A stretch of 37,649 nt of DNA from a virus (IMGVR_UViG_3300005573_000176:1-37649), one strand, 5' to 3'. Positions 27,820 to 36,919 are shown, numbered from the stretch's first letter. Made by a program: numbers and translations. The notes: generated by a model from the sequence alone, not told the origin.

Positions 27820-28429
27820 CTTCACTCCTTTGCGCCAAAAATAGCGCCAATTGAAATAATCCTTTTCCTCTCTCTTTCTTTATTTCATTCTCCAGCCTCT
27901 CCCATCGTTCGAATCCAAATTTGATAATTCGATGGGCAGCATACTTTCCGCTTTCAATTTCTGACTTGCTGAATGTCGTATATAAATTTTCTACTTTATC
28001 AATTAACCTCCTCAATATTTCTGAATCAACCCAGATAGATTGTTCTTCGAATTGCACCCATCCGCAATGTTGTCCTATTGGATTCCGCCGCGCCCGGAAT
28101 GCGAGATGTTTTTGTCCGCTTACAGCGATCACCGCCATCTCCGGGAATTCTCCCTCTATCAATAGTCTTTTCATTTCATTTTTATTTCCCTTGCCAACTG
28201 GAATCCATTCTCCTTTCACGACAAAGTGGCTGTAATTTTGCATTTTCTGTGGGATTTCTTTGCCCATCTTCCTCTGCAATTCTGCCGAAGATTGATCGAA
28301 CCAAAATAAACAATCATCACAAATAACATCACCATCCCCCACTAACAAATCGTAATTCGTAAACGTATCTTTTACCCATTTATTGAATTCAACACCCTCT
28401 TTTTCCTGCCCACAAATTTTACATTTCAT
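27578..28429 (-). CDS. csf1: Type IV large subunit Csf1 (Cas8-like, Zn-finger)
   Basis: CKICG...FTNYDLL...ICDDC, SGQKH, FSKSEI..G.Y; GAGG RBS before ATG 28429. Confidence 0.82.
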   Translation of the reverse strand: MKCKICGQEKEGVEFNKWVKDTFTNYDLLVGDGDVICDDCLFWFDQSSAELQRKMGKEIPQKMQNYSHFVVKGEWIPVGKGNKNEMKRLLIEGEFPEMAVIAVSGQKHLAFRARRNPIGQHCGWVQFEEQSIWVDSEILRRLIDKVENLYTTFSKSEIESGKYAAHRIIKFGFERWERLENEIKKERGKGLFQLALFLAQRSEDGNEGNDSNHAADDMAGDIGGLQKPISNDDLGAIRERDKIGGLHQQPAEVYQYSLFKIAQPAGKDGSGEVIIQSNYPGSE

Positions 28430-28836
28430 CCCCTCACCTCCACCAACTTTTGTCTGCTCTCCGCCATCACCACTCGATAGCACCTCCCCTGCCCGTCAAT
28501 CAGAACCTCATTCGCATCGAACACATTCATCCGCAGCATATTCCGCACCTCTTCCTCCGTAAATTGCGCCTTCACCCATCCCCATTCCTCCCGCGGCTTC
28601 ATCGTGAATTTCTTTTCTCTGTCTTTATATTTCTTTTTGATTCGCGTCTCTTTGAGCTCTTGCCATTTTTTCCTCGCCCTTTCCCGCTCCACTTCCCTTC
28701 GGCAATTCTCGCAATACATACTTCGCCCAGCTAACAACTTCGTCACATAATAAATCCCCCCGCATCGAACACACTTCCGCTCCACCTTTTCTAATGCCTT
28801 GTTCGTCCCTCTCACCCGCGCTTCCTGAGAATACAT
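28426..28836 (-). CDS. Hypothetical Zn-finger protein
   Basis: CVRCG / YCENC; 4-bp overlap with csf1 start. Confidence 0.7.
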   Translation of the reverse strand: MYSQEARVRGTNKALEKVERKCVRCGGIYYVTKLLAGRSMYCENCRREVERERARKKWQELKETRIKKKYKDREKKFTMKPREEWGWVKAQFTEEEVRNMLRMNVFDANEVLIDGQGRCYRVVMAESRQKLVEVRG

Positions 28837-28837
28837 T

Positions 28838-29098
28838 TCACCCTCCCTTCTTCGTTCTTTCCAGTAATGCTCTCAGTGCCTCCTCGCCCGGCACCCACGT
28901 CCGCGTCTGCCCACAAATCGAACAGCGCACATTCGCTACATATCCCTCCACAATCGCCATCACATCCACCTCATCCAGCATTTCCTTCTCGTCAATCGCA
29001 TTTCGATATAACAATAACTGCCGGATCCCGCTCCCATTCCGTTGCACCTGCCCCAGCACATGCCCATTGATACATCTCCACGGCTTGATTTCGCTCAT
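28838..29098 (-). CDS. Hypothetical Zn-ribbon protein
   Basis: WRC..GH.LG / CSICG. Confidence 0.7.
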   Translation of the reverse strand: MSEIKPWRCINGHVLGQVQRNGSGIRQLLLYRNAIDEKEMLDEVDVMAIVEGYVANVRCSICGQTRTWVPGEEALRALLERTKKGG

Positions 29099-29304
29099 CC
29101 TTCCTCCATTCTCGTCGCTCCAATCAATCCCTTCGGCATCTTTTCCCATTTTCGTATCTTCACTCCCGCAATAATTTCATTTGGGAGTTCTTCATTTATT
29201 AGGATAACGTTGGCTTCTTTTCCATTACTTCTTTCATATCCCTTCATCGCCGCCGTGATCGCCTGCAAAATATCTTTATCTTTCGTTACAGCAAAAAATT
29301 CCAT
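29095..29304 (-). CDS. Hypothetical protein
   Basis: Tightly packed ORF with RBS. Confidence 0.6.
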   Translation of the reverse strand: MEFFAVTKDKDILQAITAAMKGYERSNGKEANVILINEELPNEIIAGVKIRKWEKMPKGLIGATRMEEG

Positions 29305-29305
29305 C

Positions 29306-29506
29306 TCATTCCTCTTTCCAATAAATCCGTAAATGCCAGATCATCAATTCTTCTTCCTCATATTCGAGCCATGCCTTCACATCTTCTTTAGCGATCCCAT
29401 ATTTCTCCAGCATTGCAAAGATATCCATTCTCTCTCCCGCCTGCACCAGATGCAGTCTTTTCAATCCCTTTTCCGAAACATCATTCCGCACCACAAATTC
29501 ACTCAT
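29306..29506 (-). CDS. Hypothetical protein
   Basis: Tightly packed ORF. Confidence 0.6.
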   Translation of the reverse strand: MSEFVVRNDVSEKGLKRLHLVQAGERMDIFAMLEKYGIAKEDVKAWLEYEEEELMIWHLRIYWKEE

Positions 29507-29958
29507 CGCACGCCTCGCCGAATATCTTTTTCCGCTTTCTCGACTGCCTCATCCGTCACATCTCGAAATTCGCGCAACAAATAATTGACCGTCGTCGCTA
29601 TACAGAAAACAACCACCTGGATATCCGTTAATTCCTTCCAAATTCGTAATAACCGCTCTTCCTCGAAAATTCCATCCATCCATCTTCCGTGATCAAATTG
29701 ATATTTCGCTTCATCAGCTGCATATTGCAGCCGCGTTTGCAATTCTTCCGGCAGCTCATATCCCATTTCAGCCGCCATCTCCCCTAATTCCTCCATCAAC
29801 TTTGCCACCTGCCTCGCCAGGAATTGATTGGCAGTCCATCCGTTCAAATAGCCTCGCTTGTTCACCGCCTCGAATACTCGGTATTGAGCTTTATCCTCTT
29901 CCTTTATCCCAGCTTCCACAATCTTCCCGCATTCCTTACAAAATCCGTAATACTTCAT
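29503..29958 (-). CDS. MazG-like nucleotide pyrophosphohydrolase
   Basis: KLMEELGE ... ELTD (ExxE / ExxD all-alpha NTPase motif). Confidence 0.65.
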   Translation of the reverse strand: MKYYGFCKECGKIVEAGIKEEDKAQYRVFEAVNKRGYLNGWTANQFLARQVAKLMEELGEMAAEMGYELPEELQTRLQYAADEAKYQFDHGRWMDGIFEEERLLRIWKELTDIQVVVFCIATTVNYLLREFRDVTDEAVEKAEKDIRRGVR

Positions 29959-30287
29959 CTCTCCTCCATTTCAACCCGATTTTCAAATGACCACAATATT
30001 TCTTCATCGGACATATCCGATAATTTTCGATATCGTCTCCGCCTCATCTTTGATGGACACCGTTTGGACACATGCACCACACCGCAATAAGGACATACCG
30101 GCGCCATAGCCAGAGCAGGCAGGCCCAGCACCATCCGTATTTCCACCTCCTTTGGCTCATATCCCTCATTCACAATCCGCCATGCCATCCCTTCACTGAT
30201 ACCAAATTCATCTCCCACTTTTCGCCAGTTTTTCAGCTCTTTGTACGCATCTTCCAAATCATGACGTATCATATCTATTGTGTTCAT
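29955..30287 (-). CDS. HTH plus Zn-ribbon protein
   Basis: WRKVGDEFGISEGMAWRIV HTH; CPYCGVVH. Confidence 0.65.
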   Translation of the reverse strand: MNTIDMIRHDLEDAYKELKNWRKVGDEFGISEGMAWRIVNEGYEPKEVEIRMVLGLPALAMAPVCPYCGVVHVSKRCPSKMRRRRYRKLSDMSDEEILWSFENRVEMEER

Positions 30288-30357
30288 TTCGCCTCTCTCC
30301 ATTCTGTTACAATTCGTAACAAGCCTATTTTTGCCCATCAATGAAATTGCTATTTGA

Positions 30358-30465
30358 TTATTTACCACCATCATCATCCGCAGCATGACATAATCCAAGA
30401 ATGAATAAAGCTGCGAAAATGATGTAAATCAGAATAATTGGAATGAACAGAATTAACCTTTCCAT
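30358..30465 (-). CDS. Small membrane peptide (35 aa, MERLILFIPIILIYIIFAALFILGLCHAADDDGGK)
   Basis: Manual translation; AAGGAG RBS; fills operon gap. Confidence 0.5.
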   Translation of the reverse strand: MERLILFIPIILIYIIFAALFILGLCHAADDDGGK

Positions 30466-30469
30466 AGTC

Positions 30470-30745
30470 TTACTCCTTATTTTTAGATTTCTCCGAAATG
30501 ATTTCTGATAATTTCATTGTGTTTTTCCAGATTGTGAATTCACTTGCATTTTTTGCTGGATACATCCTGATCGCAATTTCAAATAATTCCAATGACTTTG
30601 CCTTTTCAAAAATATATTTCCATGATGCCCATGCAAGATTACGATAATCATCATTGGTCATCATATTTTCCCCTTCATAAATTCTTTCTAACCGTATATT
30701 CCACTCTGTTCTTAATTCATTGAGTTTTCTATGACTTAATGGCAT
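30470..30745 (-). CDS. Hypothetical protein
   Basis: ORF in operon. Confidence 0.6.
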   Translation of the reverse strand: MPLSHRKLNELRTEWNIRLERIYEGENMMTNDDYRNLAWASWKYIFEKAKSLELFEIAIRMYPAKNASEFTIWKNTMKLSEIISEKSKNKE

Positions 30746-31016
30746 TTCTTTTTTCCCTTTCTAATCTATGAGCCCTGTGATATTCCTTATCCCAATTCAA
30801 ATGGCATCTCTGACACAATGCCCTCAAATTCTCCCGGCGGTTATCATGCGTATCATGATTCAAATGCGCCACCGTCAAAACCACTTTTGATCCCGTTATC
30901 GGATTTGGCTTCCCATTTTCTGCACCGCAGAATTCGCATCTCCAGCCAGCTTCTTCCCTCACCGCCAAACTGATTTCTTCCCAATTGCTAGGATAATTCT
31001 CTCTTTTCATTGGCAT
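30729..31016 (-). CDS. HNH endonuclease-like protein
   Basis: CEFCG, LTVAHLNHD..N...NL..LCQRCHL. Confidence 0.85.
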   Translation of the reverse strand: MPMKRENYPSNWEEISLAVREEAGWRCEFCGAENGKPNPITGSKVVLTVAHLNHDTHDNRRENLRALCQRCHLNWDKEYHRAHRLEREKRNAIKS

Positions 31017-31528
31017 TTTGTTTCCTCCAAATCTTTTGGCCTTTCCATCCCGCAGGTTGGACATTCCATTGTTTCAACATATTTCTCTAGCAAAAAATTG
31101 AAATGTGGCTCCCACCAACTAGGATCACTATGCCTTCCGTTATTCGGACAATTCTCTTCCGCCCATTTCGTCCCCTTCAATGCCGTCCACCAGTAATCCG
31201 CCAGTCGATGTCCATCATGTTCTGCATCACAATTTTCAAATGTTTTTTCCCAAAATTCTTCTTGCTTCCGAAAAATATGTTCTGGAATATTTTCCCGTGC
31301 GATTTCCTTCAGCCATAAACCTTCTTTCCATTTTTTTCGGGATAATTCCGCCATTTTATTTTTCCATATCTCCGCCCGTTCTCTCTGTCTCAATATCCGC
31401 TCTTTTTCCGTTTCTGCTGTTGTCGCAAATTGCTCCGCAAACAGCGGATATCGCTTTGCCATCTTGTTATTTTTTCTCTTCGCCGCTCTCGCCGCTACCT
31501 TTTCAATTTCCATAACTTTCTCCTTCAC
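31007..31528 (-). CDS. Hypothetical protein
   Basis: 173-aa ORF; YPLFAEQ motif; C-terminal CPTCG. Confidence 0.65.
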   Translation of the reverse strand: MKEKVMEIEKVAARAAKRKNNKMAKRYPLFAEQFATTAETEKERILRQRERAEIWKNKMAELSRKKWKEGLWLKEIARENIPEHIFRKQEEFWEKTFENCDAEHDGHRLADYWWTALKGTKWAEENCPNNGRHSDPSWWEPHFNFLLEKYVETMECPTCGMERPKDLEETKCQ

Positions 31529-31559
31529 AATTTCTAATAAATTGTTTTCTTTTCATTTT

Positions 31560-31960
31560 TTCCAATTGTTAACGGTTTTTACAATATTAACAATCGTTAA
31601 TAATTGCCTGTTTGTAAACCGTTTTTCTATTAACAAACGTTAATAAAAGGTGAACTTGGTGAACTTGGGTGAAAATTTTTTTTTAGCAAGTTCACCTTTC
31701 TTATATTTCGTTAACATTCCATAGCATCATCATCACCGTTAAAGCTCATATAAGTTCACCAAAGTTCACAAGTTCATCATTTTTGCCTATTTTTAAGCCA
31801 TAGCATTGCAGATTTATGATTGCTCCTCCAAAATAATTGCATTTTTCTGTTTTAATCCTGCGCGGTGAACTTGGTGAACTTACTTTTCCTTTCCAGAGCA
31901 AAAAAAAATATTTTTTTATTTTTGCACTTTTTCCCCCAACAAAGTTCACCAAGTTCACCA
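31560..31960. repeat. Probable replication origin: AAGTTCACC iterons in both orientations plus AT-rich palindromes
   Basis: GGTGAACTT at 31649, 31658, 31864, 31873; AAGTTCACC at 31688, 31752, 31942, 31951; variants at 31762, 31770; directly downstream of primase. Confidence 0.8.
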
Positions 31961-32007
31961 TTTGTCTGACAAATAAAACTCGCCCGTCTATAAAATCAAT
32001 CCTCTTT

Positions 32008-34647
32008 TCATAATCCATATTTCACCTTCAATGCCGCTAGTCTTACATCATCATAAATAACGATGTATCCATTTTTCGTCTTCTTCGATGCTAGTTGTAA
32101 TGTCTGTCGGATGATCTTCCCCACCGTATGGCTGGTCGTTCCCTTCGTTTTTCGCTTTTTCGTCCCACCGTCTTCCTCATCCTCTTCCGTTTCCTCATTC
32201 ATTTCATCAATAATGTCATTCGCCACCTTCGCCACATGTTTGACTTGCGTATAATACACCATCCCATGACCATTCAAACTTCCATAAAACAAATAATGCT
32301 CATAATTCTTATCTTCCCGGATTGCCACCAGCGCTTCCATCACTCTCGCATCCAATCCCATACTCCGCTCTAATACTAGTTCCTCATTCAACGCTCTTAC
32401 AAAGGTCGTGATATCTTTCATCAATTCCGGGTCATCCTTCGCCAGCGCCTTCAGCGGCATCGTCACCTGGTTCAACCTTGCCGGTACTTCTAAATCCATC
32501 AAATCATCCGTCAATGCAATTTCAGGCTGCCATTTTTCCAGCCTCCATCGCAGCAGGAGGTTTCGGATCGCTAATGCCTGGTTGTAAAATGCCTGATCCA
32601 ATTGCAGCTTGATCCCCCTCATCTTCAATTCCAATGTTTCTTTTCCCATCAATTTGATTGTCAGGCAGCGGCTCATCGTCGCCTTGTCTCGAAATTCTCC
32701 CCGCATGGCAATGAGCTTCGGCCCATACACATTATTGGCGATCGGTTCATAAGCCCTCGTCCCATCCGCCCGCACCACCTGCTCCATCCGGATCACCGGG
32801 CTGTTTGCCATTGCCCCAATATTCAAAATCTTGATGATATCGTTCGTCATATCTCCCCCATCATTTAAATCCAGTTCATCCAGAAATGCTGTCCCCCGGT
32901 ATTCATGCAGCATCCGGAATAAACTCGCCGAAGTCATCGCCGATCCCATCTTGATCAATCGATAACAAATCGGACCAATCCGTTCCATCAACTGACTCTT
33001 GCCGGATCCATAATCTCCAGTCGCCCGCAAATATGGGATTGCCGCGAAGCAGTCATAAACCCAAGTCAACAAAACATAATACGCCGCCAAGCGCCCAAAA
33101 TTCTTGTCATCCAGCAGATAATGTTGATGGATAAACGCCTCGATAATCGCCACTAACTCGCTGGTTGCCTTCTTGTCCCCTAGCTTGCTCGGAAACATCA
33201 CCCCCTTCGATTTGATCAGCGAATTCGGCTCCAATGGTATATACCGTTTCCCCTCAATATCCAGATAATTCGCCGTGTCAATTTTGCCCTCCGGCGATCG
33301 ATATGCGAATAATGCCGTCTCGCTCTCCTCATCATACAAATACTCAATCAGATAATTGCCAATATATCCCCCGAGCGTCTCCACAATCTCCAGCGGCTTT
33401 TCTTCCTTTTCCTCTTCTTTCCCCTGCGCTTTCCTCAGCATATTATTGAATTGCCGCAGGCTTATCCCCATTAAATTGGAGAGATTATCCTTATACTTTT
33501 CAATCAATAATGGCTTGACTTTTCCCAATATCTCGAAAACTCGCTCGAAAGCCTCATCTTGCTCCGATCCCTTCATTTCCCCCGCCCATTTCGCCATCAA
33601 AACACAGACCGGAGTAGCAGTTTTCAGCAATTCGTCAAACCCCTCTTTTATTTCATCAGCATTCTTATTTTCGTATAGCCATTTTTGAAGCAGATCATTG
33701 GCATCTTTTTCACCCCAGCGAATTACCCGTATCATTCCCCCTAATATATCCGCCAGCGGCCATTTTCCATTTCCTTTCAGAACAGAAAAACCAGCCTCAT
33801 CCGAATCAACCCCAACATATAAATGAGGATGCCGTTTCGATAATTCCTCTAATAATCCCTGATGATCTTTATATGATGTCCCCGCCAGCGCCACTGCCGG
33901 GATCCCGTACTGCGCCAGAGTAACCGCATCCGCCTGCCCTTCCACGATCACACAGATTTTTTCGTTCGCCCCATACACGAAATTAAAATAAACCTGCCTG
34001 TTTCCGATTAAGTCAACTGGCAAGTTATAGTGCAACTTCCCTTCAATCGATCGGCATGAGAGATAACGCACCCTTCCACCCACCACATGCGGATAAATAA
34101 GCATATCCGCTGGTATTCCTAAAATCGCTCTTCTGGCTGGGTGTCCCTTATCAATCCCGTGCATGTCCAATTCCCCCTCCAAATCTTTTCGCTCCATCCC
34201 GCCAGAAAACCCCAGCCCAGCCTTCTGAACCGTCTCATCCGTCCACCCCCTGCCTCGGCAGTAATCCCGAGCAGCAGCAGAATCCCGCAGCCGTTTAACA
34301 AACCATCTTGCCGCAACCGTCAGCGCATCCTCCCTTATCCGTGCAGCGATCCTCACCTCATTGTCCTGTTTTCCCCACTCCGGCGCGGGTAATTTTGCCC
34401 GCTTCGCCAGCCACTCAGCAGCAGTCTTGAAATCCCAACCCCTGCGCTTCTCTAACCATGTAAAAATATCCCCAGATTCATTCTTCGAATTCCAAAAATA
34501 ACACTGTTCAACTGTATCAACCACAATCGAGTCGTGTTCTTTCCCTCGAATATATCTTCCCCTCTTTCGTTCGAGAGAAACCCCCGTCTCTTCTATGACG
34601 TCTTCTATGCGATTAGCCTGTTTTATTTGCTCAATAATGTCATCCAC
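32008..34647 (-). CDS. DnaG-type primase fused to P-loop NTPase (primase-helicase)
   Basis: N-terminal ZBD-like region (GDIFTW), TOPRIM VEGQADA / DSDEAG / DAND, Walker A GDYGSGKS, Walker B FLDE. Confidence 0.88.
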   Translation of the reverse strand: MDDIIEQIKQANRIEDVIEETGVSLERKRGRYIRGKEHDSIVVDTVEQCYFWNSKNESGDIFTWLEKRRGWDFKTAAEWLAKRAKLPAPEWGKQDNEVRIAARIREDALTVAARWFVKRLRDSAAARDYCRGRGWTDETVQKAGLGFSGGMERKDLEGELDMHGIDKGHPARRAILGIPADMLIYPHVVGGRVRYLSCRSIEGKLHYNLPVDLIGNRQVYFNFVYGANEKICVIVEGQADAVTLAQYGIPAVALAGTSYKDHQGLLEELSKRHPHLYVGVDSDEAGFSVLKGNGKWPLADILGGMIRVIRWGEKDANDLLQKWLYENKNADEIKEGFDELLKTATPVCVLMAKWAGEMKGSEQDEAFERVFEILGKVKPLLIEKYKDNLSNLMGISLRQFNNMLRKAQGKEEEKEEKPLEIVETLGGYIGNYLIEYLYDEESETALFAYRSPEGKIDTANYLDIEGKRYIPLEPNSLIKSKGVMFPSKLGDKKATSELVAIIEAFIHQHYLLDDKNFGRLAAYYVLLTWVYDCFAAIPYLRATGDYGSGKSQLMERIGPICYRLIKMGSAMTSASLFRMLHEYRGTAFLDELDLNDGGDMTNDIIKILNIGAMANSPVIRMEQVVRADGTRAYEPIANNVYGPKLIAMRGEFRDKATMSRCLTIKLMGKETLELKMRGIKLQLDQAFYNQALAIRNLLLRWRLEKWQPEIALTDDLMDLEVPARLNQVTMPLKALAKDDPELMKDITTFVRALNEELVLERSMGLDARVMEALVAIREDKNYEHYLFYGSLNGHGMVYYTQVKHVAKVANDIIDEMNEETEEDEEDGGTKKRKTKGTTSHTVGKIIRQTLQLASKKTKNGYIVIYDDVRLAALKVKYGL

Positions 34648-34828
34648 AAAGATTCTCCAACAAAAACCGTTTTACAAATCTAGCTCAGAATATCTGCGCC
34701 ACTAACATCACAGCCCTTAAAAAATTTAGAAATGATCACCCCCCTTCCCCCCTCTCGCATTATGCGACAAAAAACAACCACATAACACATGGTCATGTGG
34801 TTGCAAAATGGGCTTAAAAAGCATTCTT

Positions 34829-34856
34829 TTGTCGCATAATGCTTATTATGCGACAT
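34829..34856. promoter_or_regulatory. dif-like 28-bp site TTGTCGCATAA-TGCTTA-TTATGCGACAT
   Basis: 11-6-11 near-perfect inverted repeat with the CGCATAA-N6-TTATG core of dif sites; extra half-site TTATGCGACAA at ~34760. Confidence 0.7.
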
Positions 34857-34957
34857 CTGCCCAGCCCTTTTCTGCGCCCCGCCCAGCCATGCGTGCCCTG
34901 CCCAGAAATTCGCGAGTTTAACTGCTACTGAACAAAAGTCCATCACCGCCCACTACC

Positions 34958-35209
34958 TTATTCCCAAAGCATCTGCCGAAGTATTCCGCTCTTATGCGCT
35001 AAATAAATTCCAAATAATTCCAATCCTGCAAGCATTCCAATCCCATTTTTTCTTCCATACTTTCGATATAACTTGACAATTTCATCTACTGCATTAGCGC
35101 ATGCCTCTTGTTCACTATCTGGCAAATTCCGATACCATTCCAGCATCGCTTCACCAAATGGAGACAGATATTCCCCTTCTTTGTTCAATAAATCATCTCG
35201 CGTTGACAT
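34958..35209 (-). CDS. Hypothetical protein
   Basis: ORF in operon. Confidence 0.6.
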   Translation of the reverse strand: MSTRDDLLNKEGEYLSPFGEAMLEWYRNLPDSEQEACANAVDEIVKLYRKYGRKNGIGMLAGLELFGIYLAHKSGILRQMLWE

Positions 35210-35376
35210 CCTATTCTCTCCAAAATTCGCCGATGATAAGCAATTGCTCCAGACGCCTTTTTGAATTTTCTGCGGCTTAAACGCACTTTGAACCCATCCA
35301 CAGACAGAATGGCTCGATAATATTTCTCGCCACCATTCTCATAACGGACATATTCGTTTCTATTTTGATACAGCAT
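35185..35376 (-). CDS. Hypothetical basic protein
   Basis: GGAGG upstream of ATG 35376. Confidence 0.5.
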   Translation of the reverse strand: MLYQNRNEYVRYENGGEKYYRAILSVDGFKVRLSRRKFKKASGAIAYHRRILERIGCQREMIY

Positions 35377-35635
35377 CCCGCCAATTCCTCCTCTGGCCTT
35401 CTCGCCAGATAATCCCGAATCTTTCAAATTTTTGATCTAGTATTATCTCTATTGTTTCCAGCAATTCATCCGCTGGATCCAATACATCTCTCACCATAGT
35501 TGATCTTTGCTCTGCCTGCCTTATCCGCAAAGAGACTTCTTTCAAATCCCTCCGCATATCTGCGAGAAGAAACAACACCCCTTCAACCTCATCTCTGACT
35601 TCCTCGCCTTTTAATCTCAACCTCCCCCTGCTCAT
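35360..35635 (-). CDS. Hypothetical coiled-coil protein
   Basis: ORF with ATGA overlap. Confidence 0.6.
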   Translation of the reverse strand: MSRGRLRLKGEEVRDEVEGVLFLLADMRRDLKEVSLRIRQAEQRSTMVRDVLDPADELLETIEIILDQKFERFGIIWREGQRRNWRDAVSK

Positions 35636-35988
35636 TTCTTCTTCTCCTCTAGCAATTCCTTGAATTCCGATTCTCTAGCCAATCTAATCAATAATCGATC
35701 TAATCCATAAACAATAATCACCGCTGCGCCAGAAAATGCCACTACAATCCAAAAGGCTGCCAAAGAAATCAAATAAGCCTTCTCGCCATTATCAAAAAAC
35801 AATAGTAGGAGGAGGATTGTCAGCGGCAGACCAAACCCAAGCACTCCTCCAACATACGCTCCCAATCTCGGCATCTCCCGCCTCAATGCCAATTGCCATG
35901 GGAAATAATGCAGTCCAAACTGCACCAAAGCCGCAATCAAACCTGTAACCAAAATCGCTGCAACCATATCCGCCTCACTCCACTGCAT
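35632..35988 (-). CDS. Three-TM membrane protein
   Basis: Three hydrophobic segments; overlaps recombinase stop. Confidence 0.7.
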   Translation of the reverse strand: MQWSEADMVAAILVTGLIAALVQFGLHYFPWQLALRREMPRLGAYVGGVLGFGLPLTILLLLLFFDNGEKAYLISLAAFWIVVAFSGAAVIIVYGLDRLLIRLARESEFKELLEEKKK

Positions 35989-36919
35989 CCTCTAAATCAC
36001 TCCATCCTGGTACAACATACCTGGCTGTCGTATCCAATCGCTTATGCCCCAATAAACGGCTTACCACCGTCAACGGCTCGCCCTTATCCAATAATCGTTT
36101 GGCAAATGTATGTCTCAGCATATGCGGTGTCAACCCATCAATCCCAGCCAACCTGCCATACTCTCCCACCCTCCGTTGAATAAGTCTTGTACTCACACCA
36201 TCCCCATGCTTTCCGCAAAACAGATAAATGCCATCATTCCCTCGCACATCCAACCACGCCTTCAAAGCCTGCCTCGCCTCCCTTCCCAGCGGCACCTCTC
36301 TTTTTTTCTCCCCTTTTCCGCACCACACAATCACCTTCCCCGATCGCTCCCCCAGCATCACATCCTCAACCCGCAACCCTGCCACCTCCGCCTCACGCAG
36401 CCCGCTATACAACATCAAACCGATCATCGCCCAATCTCGGACAGCTTGTATCTTCCAGCTATCTGATTTCGCCCCATTTACAGCAATCTCAACTTGCCTG
36501 AGTAATCTACTCAACTCCGCTGCCTCTAACCACCTCGGCGCCTGTTCAACCTCCTCCCAGCGCTCGACCCCCTGAAATGGGTCATAAGAAATATATCCAT
36601 TTTCAAAAGCCCATCTCACCAGCCTGCGCAGGCTCTCTCGATATCGATTCCATGTCGCTGGCGAATAATGATTTGCCATTATCCAAGATCGATACTCACG
36701 CAAATCTATACTCGTAATCAATGAGGGATCAAATTCCTGCTTATTTACATTCTTGAACCATTTGATAAATTTATTAATATCTTCCAAATAAGACTTTATC
36801 GACTTGATGGATAACCCATCCTCCAATAACTCTTGATGAAACGCCTGCATCCAATCCACCAATTGGAAAGGCACTTCAGCCACTCGCCATGAATTAATTA
36901 CATTTTGATTTTTATTCAT
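35975..36919 (-). CDS. XerC/D-like tyrosine recombinase
   Basis: SAM-like N-terminus, GLREAE, GKGEK, TPHMLRHTFA, LLGH, TARY. Confidence 0.93.
   Translation of the reverse strand: MNKNQNVINSWRVAEVPFQLVDWMQAFHQELLEDGLSIKSIKSYLEDINKFIKWFKNVNKQEFDPSLITSIDLREYRSWIMANHYSPATWNRYRESLRRLVRWAFENGYISYDPFQGVERWEEVEQAPRWLEAAELSRLLRQVEIAVNGAKSDSWKIQAVRDWAMIGLMLYSGLREAEVAGLRVEDVMLGERSGKVIVWCGKGEKKREVPLGREARQALKAWLDVRGNDGIYLFCGKHGDGVSTRLIQRRVGEYGRLAGIDGLTPHMLRHTFAKRLLDKGEPLTVVSRLLGHKRLDTTARYVVPGWSDLEDAVE

Noticed and set aside
31640-31960. CRISPR array for the type IV module
   Set aside because: Repeats are only 9 bp, abut each other, occur in both orientations and lack regular unique spacers; they fit iterons
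31746-32018. 90-aa ORF downstream of primase
   Set aside because: Translates the iteron repeats (LVN repeats) in an AT-rich origin-like region; probably spurious
34680-34946. 88-aa ORF upstream of primase
   Set aside because: Spans the dif-like palindrome with atypical composition; more likely a non-coding regulatory gap
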